Origin: an uncultured Planctomycetales bacterium
GTDB lineage: Bacteria; Omnitrophota; Gorgyraeia; Gygaellales; Profunditerraquicolaceae
Length of the DNA stretch: 64,000 nucleotides
Assembly: GCA_964645795.1 (NCBI GenBank)
Contig: CAZYCL010000004.1
Location: forward strand, 88,292-152,291
Direction: 5' to 3'
A program made the position numbers and the translations under genes. Positions 10,902-18,684 of the stretch are shown here, one piece after another (position 1 is the first letter of the stretch; each line of letters starts with the position of its first letter). The notes beneath the pieces are model-generated. The model had not been told where the DNA came from. It saw only the letters and a list, made by a program, of their open reading frames with translations, and made no database searches.

Positions 10902-11864
10902 ATGAACGAGAAGATAATTGAGTTTTTGAAGAAAAAAGAAGGGTATGTATCCGGGGACCAGATCGCCCACAGGCTCGGGATCAGCCGGCAGGCGCTCTGG
11001 AAGCATATTCAGGAGCTCAAAGATTTAGGTTACGATATTGTAGCCGTGCCGCATTTGGGTTACCGCCTGGACGCCGCTCCTGACCGGCTTTTTGATTTTG
11101 AAATAAAGAGCGCTCTCAATACCAGGTTCGTCGGCAGGCAAATACACTATTTTGAGAACGCTGCTTCCACGATGGAGATCGCCACAAGGCTTGCCCTTGG
11201 AGGCTGTCCGGAAGGGACGCTGGTCATAGCCGAAAGCCAGACTAGAGGCAAGGGGAGGATGGGCAGGAGTTGGTTTTCGCCCAGACATAAAGGGATTTAT
11301 GCATCCCTGATATTAAGGCCCAATACGCTGCCATCCCAGGTATCGGTCCTGACCTTATTAGCCGCGGTCAGTATCGTGGAGGCGCTAAACGAATTCTGCG
11401 GCGTCCCTTCAAAGATCAAGTGGCCAAACGATGTGGTCCTGGAGGGCAGGAAATTAGCCGGGATACTTACCGAGCTTAACGCCGAGATGGACAGGGTCAA
11501 CTTCGTGGTCCTTGGGATAGGCATTAATGTAAATAACGATAAAAAATCCCTGATAAGCGGGGCGGCATCCCTCAAGAGTTTCCTTGGCCATAGCCTAAAT
11601 TTGAACAGGGTGGGGCTCCTGCAGGCGATACTGCGCAGGATCGAAGACAATTATTCCTCTTTTCAAAAAGGCCATCTGCAGGGCATCCTGGAAAAATGGA
11701 AGCAGATGTCGGTAACGCTGGGCACAAGGGTCAAGGTCTATTGCCAGAATGAGCAGGTGGAGGGAGAGGCGGTGGATATAGATTCTGACGGGGGGCTCCT
11801 GGTAAGGCGCGACAGCGGGATCACCGAAAAGATAACCGCGGGCGATGTGGTGGCCTGCCGTTAA
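10902..11864 (+). CDS. birA: bifunctional biotin-[acetyl-CoA-carboxylase] ligase / repressor BirA
   Basis: N-terminal HTH (VSGDQIAHRLGISRQALWKHIQELKDLGY), catalytic QTRGKGRMGRSWFSP (GRGRxGR) motif, and a C-terminal SH3-like domain. Confidence 0.9.
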   Translation: MNEKIIEFLKKKEGYVSGDQIAHRLGISRQALWKHIQELKDLGYDIVAVPHLGYRLDAAPDRLFDFEIKSALNTRFVGRQIHYFENAASTMEIATRLALGGCPEGTLVIAESQTRGKGRMGRSWFSPRHKGIYASLILRPNTLPSQVSVLTLLAAVSIVEALNEFCGVPSKIKWPNDVVLEGRKLAGILTELNAEMDRVNFVVLGIGINVNNDKKSLISGAASLKSFLGHSLNLNRVGLLQAILRRIEDNYSSFQKGHLQGILEKWKQMSVTLGTRVKVYCQNEQVEGEAVDIDSDGGLLVRRDSGITEKITAGDVVACR

Positions 11865-11896
11865 CCATAGAATGTAAACTAATAATAATATCCGGG

Positions 11897-11937
11897 TTGA
11901 CATTTATATCGGCGCCTATTATAATAGGCGCCGATAT
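11897..11937 (+). promoter_or_regulatory. perfect consensus sigma70 promoter overlapped by a perfect 32-bp palindrome (operator-like; could also act as the birA terminator hairpin)
   Basis: TTGACA at 11897-11902, a 17-nt spacer and TATAAT at 11920-11925. ATATCGGCGCCTATTATAATAGGCGCCGATAT (11906-11937) is an exact inverted repeat centred on the -10 element, followed by TTTT and then the receptor gene ATG at 11941. Confidence 0.6.
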
Positions 11938-11940
11938 TTT

Positions 11941-13779
11941 ATGCGCTACTTATTTACCATGGGCATCCTGCTGTATTTATCGGTATTTATCCTTGCCTTT
12001 GCGGCTGTGGGCCTGGGGGCAGAAGGCGGCGATCTGGGCAGGATCGTGGTCAGGTCCCGAGCCATTGACGCAGAGGATGCCATTGGTCACTGTGCAATCG
12101 CCAAAGAATCGATAACCGGCCGGCAGCTCGAACAGGCCCATATCGGCTCGCTACAGGAAGCCCTTGATTATGTAAGCGGAGTTGATCTACGCGTGCGCTC
12201 TAGCCGCGGCATACAGGCGGATCTGTCCATGCGCGGCTCTACCTACGAGCAGGTAGCCGTGCTTATAGACGGGGTAAGGGTCGGGGACCCCCAAACCGGC
12301 CATCATAATCTGGACATACCGCTCACCGTAGCCGACATCGAGCGCATAGACGTGATCAAGGAGCCCGCCTCTTCGCTTTATGGACCGGGTGCCTTTGCCG
12401 GGGCCGTCAATATCATAACTAAGAAATCCGGCAAAAGCTCTTTGAGGGCGGAGTCAGTTTTCGGGGAGCATGCCCTCCGAGAGCAGGGCATATATTGCGA
12501 TCTGAACGCCGCCGGCTCTTTCTTTAAAAGCTCGTTTGAAAATAAATCTGCCAAGGCCGCGCGCCCCGATACCGATTTCGATTATCATACCGGGACAGTA
12601 TCGTTTAGCAGGCAGGAAGGCAGTTTTGATATCGATTCCTTCTTTGGCTACCAGGAAAAGGATTTTGGCGCAGGCAGCTTTTACTCCAACCTCTTCCCCG
12701 AAGAAGAGGAGCATACCCGGACCCTCTTTACCCGGACAGCCGTTAACTACGATCTTAAGCCCGGCGTATTCAAAAACAACCTCTATTTCAGGAGGCATTG
12801 GGATAAATTTATCCTGCGCCGCAGCATGCCCACAGGGGCCAATTACCACACCACTTATGTCTACGGCCTGGACTCCCAACTGCGCCTGCCCTTTGATTAT
12901 GGAGAGCTTATCCTGGGGGCAGAAGAGCATGAGGAGCGCATAGTTTCCAATAATCTGGGCAGGCATTCGAGGTTTAACCAGGGATTGGCTATCGGCCTTA
13001 TCCCAGATCTGGGCAAGGATTGGCGGGCGGCCGTTCGTTTCAGGGATGATTATCTGCAGGGTTGGGGCTGGAATGAATCTTTTAACTGCGGCCTGGGTTA
13101 TAGGCTCATCGATGGATTATGGCTGCGGTCTTCTGCCGGGCGCGCCTGGCGTATCCCCAGCTTTACCGAGCTTTATTACAATGATGCCGCCAACAAAGGC
13201 AACCCCAGCCTCGGGGCAGAGACCAGCGACAGCTTCTCGCTGGGGTTGGAGTTTGGGCGCGGGCCCTTCAAAATGTCCCTGGACCGCTACCTTCGACGGG
13301 CAAGGGATCTTATTGACTGGACGCGGGCTGATGCTTCCGGGCCCTGGCAGGCCTCGAATATCGGCAAGGCGGATTTTCAAGGGCTGGAGCTGGGCTTGTC
13401 ATGGACCGGGGCGTTTGAAGCCGGGCTGATCAGAGTAAATAAAATCCAGTTTTTCTACAATAACCTCGATACGCAAAATAAGCAGCAGGGTTTTTCCTCC
13501 AAGTATGCCCTTGATACGCTAAAACACCAGCTGGTCCTTAAAAGCAGCGCCGGCCTTTGCGGTATTGACTTCAACCTCCATCTTTCCTACAATCAGAGGT
13601 GTTTGGGGGAGAGCTACTTTGTGGGCAGCCTTTCCGTCTCGCGCCGCTTCAAATGCAAAGCTGTTCATTTTGAGCCGTTCGTCAAGGCAGACAATTTTAC
13701 CGATACAGAATATTCCGAGATCGGGGGAGTTATCCAGCCAGGCAGATGGCTTAAGTCGGGGGTAAAGTTCGAGTGGTGA
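11941..13779 (+). CDS. TonB-dependent outer-membrane receptor (small, ~610 aa)
   Basis: Signal peptide MRYLFTMGILLYLSVFILAFAA and a plug domain (DAIGHCAIAKESITGRQLEQ...GVDLRVRSSRG, IDGVRVGDPQTGHHNLDIPL, IERIDVIKEPASSLYGPGAFAGAVNIITK). A terminal Phe/Trp beta-barrel closing motif (KFEW) is present. Confidence 0.85.
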   Translation: MRYLFTMGILLYLSVFILAFAAVGLGAEGGDLGRIVVRSRAIDAEDAIGHCAIAKESITGRQLEQAHIGSLQEALDYVSGVDLRVRSSRGIQADLSMRGSTYEQVAVLIDGVRVGDPQTGHHNLDIPLTVADIERIDVIKEPASSLYGPGAFAGAVNIITKKSGKSSLRAESVFGEHALREQGIYCDLNAAGSFFKSSFENKSAKAARPDTDFDYHTGTVSFSRQEGSFDIDSFFGYQEKDFGAGSFYSNLFPEEEEHTRTLFTRTAVNYDLKPGVFKNNLYFRRHWDKFILRRSMPTGANYHTTYVYGLDSQLRLPFDYGELILGAEEHEERIVSNNLGRHSRFNQGLAIGLIPDLGKDWRAAVRFRDDYLQGWGWNESFNCGLGYRLIDGLWLRSSAGRAWRIPSFTELYYNDAANKGNPSLGAETSDSFSLGLEFGRGPFKMSLDRYLRRARDLIDWTRADASGPWQASNIGKADFQGLELGLSWTGAFEAGLIRVNKIQFFYNNLDTQNKQQGFSSKYALDTLKHQLVLKSSAGLCGIDFNLHLSYNQRCLGESYFVGSLSVSRRFKCKAVHFEPFVKADNFTDTEYSEIGGVIQPGRWLKSGVKFEW

Positions 13780-13794
13780 AGTTGAGCGGTAAAT

Positions 13795-15687
13795 ATGGAA
13801 AAATATTTTGAACTTCCCAGGATCAATCCGCAATACGTGCGCTCTAAGGATTACTTTTTTCTTTTTGAGACCTCTCGATGCAGCCGCCAGGATTTCATGA
13901 GCTATATTTTTAGTGATCCCGTAGAGGTCATAGTGGCGAGCGCTCCCCAGGATATAGAAGAGGCATTCGCCCGGCTCCAGAGGCGCTGTGAAAGGTTTTA
14001 TCTCTGCGGCTGGATTGCCTATGAGCTGGGGTATATTTTTGAGCGCGCGTCATTTTCTCATTCAGGCGTCTCTGGAAAACCCCTGGTCTGTTTTTGCGTT
14101 TTTAAAGATGCCCTAAGCTTTGACCATAGGAATGGCGAGGTTTGCGCAAATACCAAAGGCCTGTTTTCGCGCTCGTCCCGGCGCGCCGATTTTAGTGTGC
14201 GCCGGTTAAGGTTTGACATCGGCGAAGAAGATTACCGCAGAAAGGTCTCCAGGATCAAAGATTACATAAGAAAAGGCGATGCTTACCAGGTCAACTTCAC
14301 CAGCCGCTTTAACTTTAGATTTGCCGGCCAGCCTCTGGCTTTATACGAATCCCTAAGGGCCAGCCAAAGCGTTGCCTTCGGGGCTTTTTGTAAACTCAAG
14401 GACAGCTACGTTATATCTTTATCTCCGGAGTTGTTCTTCAGGATCGAAGGCAACCGCATCTATTCCAGGCCGATGAAAGGGACTATCTCGCGCGGCCCTA
14501 GCTGCGAGCTAGACGCTATCCAGGCAAAAAAACTTTTCTCCAGCGCCAAAGACCGCGCGGAAAATCTGATGATCACGGACCTGGTGCGTAACGACCTGGG
14601 CAGGATCTGCCGCACCGGCAGCGTAAAGACGGAGAATCTTTTTGATATCGAAAAGTACAACACGGTTTTTCAAATGACCTCGACCGTCAAAGGCAAGCTC
14701 AAGAGCAGCGTTTCCTATTACGACATATTCAAAAACATCTTTCCCGGCGGTTCGGTGACCGGCGCGCCGAAAATACGCTCGATGCAGATCATCAGGGAGC
14801 TGGAGAGAGGCAGGAGAGGCATTTACTGCGGGGCGCTGGGGATGATCTTTCCCGGCAAGAAGGCGGTGTTCAATCTTCCTATCCGCACGCTGGTATTATC
14901 AAAAGGCAGGGGGCATATGGGGGCAGGAAGCGGTGTGGTCATTGATTCCCGGGCAGAGGATGAGTTTCGCGAGTGCCTGCTTAAAGGCAGGTTCCTTAGC
15001 CACAGGTGCAAGGAGTTCGATCTTATTGAAACCATGCTTTGGGACAGAGAATACCGGCTTCTTGCCCTGCATCTAAGACGGCTTGCTTCTTCCGCGGCCT
15101 ACTTCGGATTTAACTTTGACCGCGGATACATTTTGTCGCGCCTGCGCAATGCCGAAGCAGGATTTAGCCGGGCACGCAAACATAGGGTCAGGCTTATTCT
15201 CGACAGGTCCGGCAGGGTTGAAATCACGGCCTCTGCCATAGGCGTCCAGGATCCTGCGCCGGCAAAGAAGGCAGCCGTATCCAGGCACAGGACAGATCCG
15301 CAGGATCCATTCCTTTACCATAAAACAACCAACCGTTTGTTATACGAACGCGAGCACGCCGTTTATAAGAAGAAAGGATTTTACGACGCGGTATTCCTTA
15401 ATAAAAGAAATGAATTTACAGAAGGCGCCATTTCCAATATAATTGTGGAAATAGGCGGCAATCTTTATACGCCGCCAGTTAGTTGCGGTTGCCTTCCCGG
15501 AGTATTCCGGCAGCATCTGCTGAGCCAGGGAAAACTGAAAGAAAGAATCATTAAACCTCAGGACCTCAATAAGGCAGACAGGGTGTTTTTGGCTAATTCC
15601 GTCAGAGGCCTGGTCGAGGTTAAAATCGATGTTCATCCATACCGTCCTCTTCGAGATAAAACCAAAAGAAGTCGCCGCTTACCGTAA
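13795..15687 (+). CDS. pabBC: fused aminodeoxychorismate synthase component I (PabB) / aminodeoxychorismate lyase (PabC, class-IV aminotransferase)
   Basis: N-terminal chorismate-binding domain (GDAYQVNFTSRF, NLMITDLVRNDLGRIC, GAPKIRSMQIIRELERGRRGIYCGALG). C-terminal class-IV aminotransferase fold (FDLIETMLWD...GFYDAVFLNKRNEFTEGAISNI). Confidence 0.85.
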   Translation: MEKYFELPRINPQYVRSKDYFFLFETSRCSRQDFMSYIFSDPVEVIVASAPQDIEEAFARLQRRCERFYLCGWIAYELGYIFERASFSHSGVSGKPLVCFCVFKDALSFDHRNGEVCANTKGLFSRSSRRADFSVRRLRFDIGEEDYRRKVSRIKDYIRKGDAYQVNFTSRFNFRFAGQPLALYESLRASQSVAFGAFCKLKDSYVISLSPELFFRIEGNRIYSRPMKGTISRGPSCELDAIQAKKLFSSAKDRAENLMITDLVRNDLGRICRTGSVKTENLFDIEKYNTVFQMTSTVKGKLKSSVSYYDIFKNIFPGGSVTGAPKIRSMQIIRELERGRRGIYCGALGMIFPGKKAVFNLPIRTLVLSKGRGHMGAGSGVVIDSRAEDEFRECLLKGRFLSHRCKEFDLIETMLWDREYRLLALHLRRLASSAAYFGFNFDRGYILSRLRNAEAGFSRARKHRVRLILDRSGRVEITASAIGVQDPAPAKKAAVSRHRTDPQDPFLYHKTTNRLLYEREHAVYKKKGFYDAVFLNKRNEFTEGAISNIIVEIGGNLYTPPVSCGCLPGVFRQHLLSQGKLKERIIKPQDLNKADRVFLANSVRGLVEVKIDVHPYRPLRDKTKRSRRLP

Positions 15688-15934
15688 AGACAGCCTGATG
15701 TGGGCGCGCTACGCCAAAAAAGCCAAAGGGTTTGTAGCGTATTTTACCATGAAGCGCTTCGGCCATAAGGGCCAGTATGCCTCAGTCTATGAGTGGCGCT
15801 CCAAGGCCGACCACGACCGCTTCATGAGCAAATTCCACGATTGGCTCGTCGCAAAATCCAGGGCCAAGGTGAAAGTCCTAGGCTACTATAATCTCAAGAA
15901 CATCGACCGCCTGCGCAACGGTTTCATCCAATAA
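15629..15934 (+). CDS. ABM (antibiotic-biosynthesis-monooxygenase / Dabb-like) domain protein
   Basis: 101 aa with a ferredoxin-like ABM pattern (MFIHTVLFEIKPKEV...YASVYEWRSKADHDRFMSK). Overlaps the pabBC 3' end by 59 nt. Confidence 0.5.
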   Translation: MFIHTVLFEIKPKEVAAYRKDSLMWARYAKKAKGFVAYFTMKRFGHKGQYASVYEWRSKADHDRFMSKFHDWLVAKSRAKVKVLGYYNLKNIDRLRNGFIQ

Positions 15935-15943
15935 CGAATAGCA

Positions 15944-16058
15944 GGGACGGTTCCCAAGCCAATTTAGAACTGTCCCCTGAGTTAGGCACCCAAGCCTATC
16001 GGATGGCTTGGTGCCCGCTCGTGCGGGACAGTTTTAGATTGTCCCAAGAACCGTCCCT
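15944..16058. repeat. ~115-nt multi-tier imperfect palindromic element (intergenic structured RNA/DNA element)
   Basis: Outer perfect 11-bp arms AGGGACGGTTC (15944-15954) and GAACCGTCCCT (16048-16058). Middle arms AATTTAGAACTGTCCC and GGGACAGTTTTAGATT pair at 14 of 16. Inner arms GGCACCCAAGCC and GGCTTGGTGCC close an 8-nt loop. Confidence 0.5.
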
Positions 16059-16067
16059 AATTTACAT

Positions 16068-17132
16068 ATGAGAAAACGTGTAGTTGTAGCGATGAGTGGA
16101 GGGGTGGACTCTTCGGTAGCCGCGGCGCTTCTTCAAAAAGAAGGCCATGAAGTCATCGGGATGACCATGTGCTTTGGCGTCGCCTCATCCGATGAAAAAC
16201 CCGGCTGTTGCGGCATGCAGGCAATAGAAGACGCCCGGCGCATCTGTCACAGGCTTGGCATCAGGCATTATGTAGTGGACCTGCAGAAGGTTTTTAAAGA
16301 AAAGGTGATAGGCCAGTTCTTGCAGGAGTATGCCGCCGGACGCACGCCCAACCCTTGCATAAGGTGCAACCAATTCGTCAAGTTCGATGCGCTCATGAAG
16401 AAGGCCCTGGCCCTGGATGCGGATTATCTGGCCACCGGCCATTACGCTCGGATCACAAAGCAGGCCGGTATCTTCCGGCTTAAAAAGGGTGTCGACAAGT
16501 TTAAGGACCAGTCGTATTTTCTTTACCGGTTTACCCAAAAACAACTGCGGCATACGCTTTTTCCGGTAGGCATTTACACCAAGGCTGAAGTCAGGAGCCT
16601 GGCAAGGGAGTTTGAGCTGCCGGTAGCAGATAAAAGGGAGAGCCAGGAGATATGTTTTTTAGGGGATGAGGGTTTAAAAGATTTTTTGCGCCGCCGGTTA
16701 ACGGCCGGGGTTTCGGCCGGTCATATCAAGGATAAATACGGCAGGCATCTGGGCAGGCACCAAGGCATAGCTTTTTATACCGTGGGCCAGCGCGAGGGCC
16801 TGGGCATTGCCGCAGGCTATCCGGTTTATATCAGCTCTATCAATGCCGCATCCAACCTGATAACCATAGGTCCCCGCAAAGACTGCCATGCCAGGGAGTT
16901 TCTGGTGAGGCAAGCCAATTTTATAACGGGCAGGCCAAAAAAGAAGGTTGTCCTCAAAGTCAAGATACGTTATAATCACAAGGAGTCGGCGGCAGAAGTC
17001 TTTGCCGTTGATAGCTGCGTCAAGGTCATATTCGGGAAACCTCAATTCGCCATAACTGCGGGGCAATCCGCGGTATTTTATGACCGGGATACAGTGGTCG
17101 GGGGAGGGATAATTAACAGGGTGATCAAATGA
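16068..17132 (+). CDS. mnmA: tRNA-specific 2-thiouridylase MnmA
   Basis: PP-loop AMSGGVDSSVAA, catalytic Cys region (NPCIRCNQFVKF), 354 aa. Confidence 0.9.
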   Translation: MRKRVVVAMSGGVDSSVAAALLQKEGHEVIGMTMCFGVASSDEKPGCCGMQAIEDARRICHRLGIRHYVVDLQKVFKEKVIGQFLQEYAAGRTPNPCIRCNQFVKFDALMKKALALDADYLATGHYARITKQAGIFRLKKGVDKFKDQSYFLYRFTQKQLRHTLFPVGIYTKAEVRSLAREFELPVADKRESQEICFLGDEGLKDFLRRRLTAGVSAGHIKDKYGRHLGRHQGIAFYTVGQREGLGIAAGYPVYISSINAASNLITIGPRKDCHAREFLVRQANFITGRPKKKVVLKVKIRYNHKESAAEVFAVDSCVKVIFGKPQFAITAGQSAVFYDRDTVVGGGIINRVIK

Positions 17133-18049
17133 CAAAGACCAAAAGCGATGAGCTGGAAAAAAAGATAGCGGAGCTTAAGAAGAAGCGCGACGCGGTTATC
17201 CTGGCGCATAATTACCAGCTGCCAGAAGTCCAGGATATCGCGGATTACCGCGGGGATTCCCTGGAGCTGTCCCGTATCGCCGCCCGAACGGAGGCCAAGG
17301 TCATTGTATTTTGCGGGGTGCACTTCATGGCCGAGACCGCATCCATCCTCTGTCCGGATAAAAAAGTTATTATGCCGGATAAGCTCTCCGGCTGCCCCAT
17401 GGCAAATATGATCACCGCGCTAGATCTGCGCAGGCTCAAAAAAGAACACCCCGAAGCCGTGGCCGTCGGCTACGTAAATACCTCCGCAGAAGTAAAAGCG
17501 GAGCTTGATTACTGCTGCACTTCTACCAACGCAGTAGCAGTGGTCAACGCCCTTAAAGACAAGAAAGAGATAATCTTCGTGCCGGACAAGTACCTGGCGG
17601 ATTTTACGGCTAAAAAGACCGGCCGCAAGCTGATCGTCTGGGACGGATTCTGCCCGACGCACATAAAGATACTTCCCGAAGACATCAAGCATGAGAAAAA
17701 GTTCCATCCTTTCGCCAAAGTAATGGTGCACCCGGAGTGCATCCCCGCGGTGCTCGACTTGGCGGATGCGGTGCTATCCACCAGCCAAATGGCCAAGTTC
17801 ACCAAGGACAGCGACGCGCACGAGTTTATCGTAGGGACCGAAGTGGGGATTATCTATCGCCTGAAACAGGACAATCCCAGGAAAGAGTTTTATCCGGCCT
17901 CCGAAAGGGCGGTCTGCCCCAATATGAAGCGAACCACGCAGGAGAAGGTGCTCTGGGCACTTGAGGAGCTCAAAGACGAAGTAAGGGTCTCTGATGATAT
18001 ACGCCAGCGTGCCCGCAAGGCCATTGACCGGATGATGGAGATCGTCTAA
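17129..18049 (+). CDS. nadA: quinolinate synthase NadA
   Basis: 306 aa with ILAHNYQ, VFCGVHFMAETA and PECIPAV motifs typical of NadA. ATGA overlap with mnmA. Confidence 0.9.
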   Translation: MTKTKSDELEKKIAELKKKRDAVILAHNYQLPEVQDIADYRGDSLELSRIAARTEAKVIVFCGVHFMAETASILCPDKKVIMPDKLSGCPMANMITALDLRRLKKEHPEAVAVGYVNTSAEVKAELDYCCTSTNAVAVVNALKDKKEIIFVPDKYLADFTAKKTGRKLIVWDGFCPTHIKILPEDIKHEKKFHPFAKVMVHPECIPAVLDLADAVLSTSQMAKFTKDSDAHEFIVGTEVGIIYRLKQDNPRKEFYPASERAVCPNMKRTTQEKVLWALEELKDEVRVSDDIRQRARKAIDRMMEIV

Positions 18050-18051
18050 GG

Positions 18052-18684
18052 GTGAACATCCCGATTGTCTTTGAAGATGATTGGATCATGGTCCTGGATA
18101 AACCCGCCGGGCTGCTGGTCATACCCACCCCACGCAAAGAAGCCCGCACCCTTACCAGCATATTAAACGATCATGCCGCATCACAAAATAAGAGCTACCG
18201 TCTTCATCCCTGCCATCGCCTTGACCGCGAGACTTCCGGTTTGATCATCTATGCCAAGGGCAAGGGGGCGCAGCAGAAAGTAATGGAGGAGTTCAAAAAC
18301 AGGCGCGTGGAAAAAAAATATATTGCCCTGGTGCAGGGGAGGCTTTCTCCAAGACAGGGGCAGATAAGCTCGCCTATCGAAGGAAAGAACGCCCTGACCG
18401 CCTACTCAACCGTTAAGGAGAAGGAGAAGTTGAGCGTAGTGGAGTTGTATGCCGTTACAGGCCGCACCAACCAGCTGCGCATACACCTGCAGAGGGCCGG
18501 CCATCCACTCGTCGGCGAGGCCAAGTTTGCCCGCCGCAGAGAATCTTCCGTGAAAGCAAAAAGGGCCTGCTTGCACGCAAAGTCCCTGTCGTTAGTCCAC
18601 CCTTTTACCGGCAAGAAGATCTTTCTTGATAGCGAGCTGCCCGCAGACATGAAGGCGCTATTGGGCGAGGAGGGCATAAGATGA
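18052..18684 (+). CDS. RluA-family pseudouridine synthase
   Basis: Catalytic HRLDRETSGLIIYAK motif, 210 aa, GTG start. Confidence 0.85.
   Translation: MNIPIVFEDDWIMVLDKPAGLLVIPTPRKEARTLTSILNDHAASQNKSYRLHPCHRLDRETSGLIIYAKGKGAQQKVMEEFKNRRVEKKYIALVQGRLSPRQGQISSPIEGKNALTAYSTVKEKEKLSVVELYAVTGRTNQLRIHLQRAGHPLVGEAKFARRRESSVKAKRACLHAKSLSLVHPFTGKKIFLDSELPADMKALLGEEGIR

Noticed and set aside
11897-12115. 72-aa ORF starting inside the promoter/palindrome and overlapping the TonB receptor gene out of frame
   Set aside because: It overlaps a strongly supported signal-peptide-bearing receptor gene. It has no RBS and starts within the -35 box.
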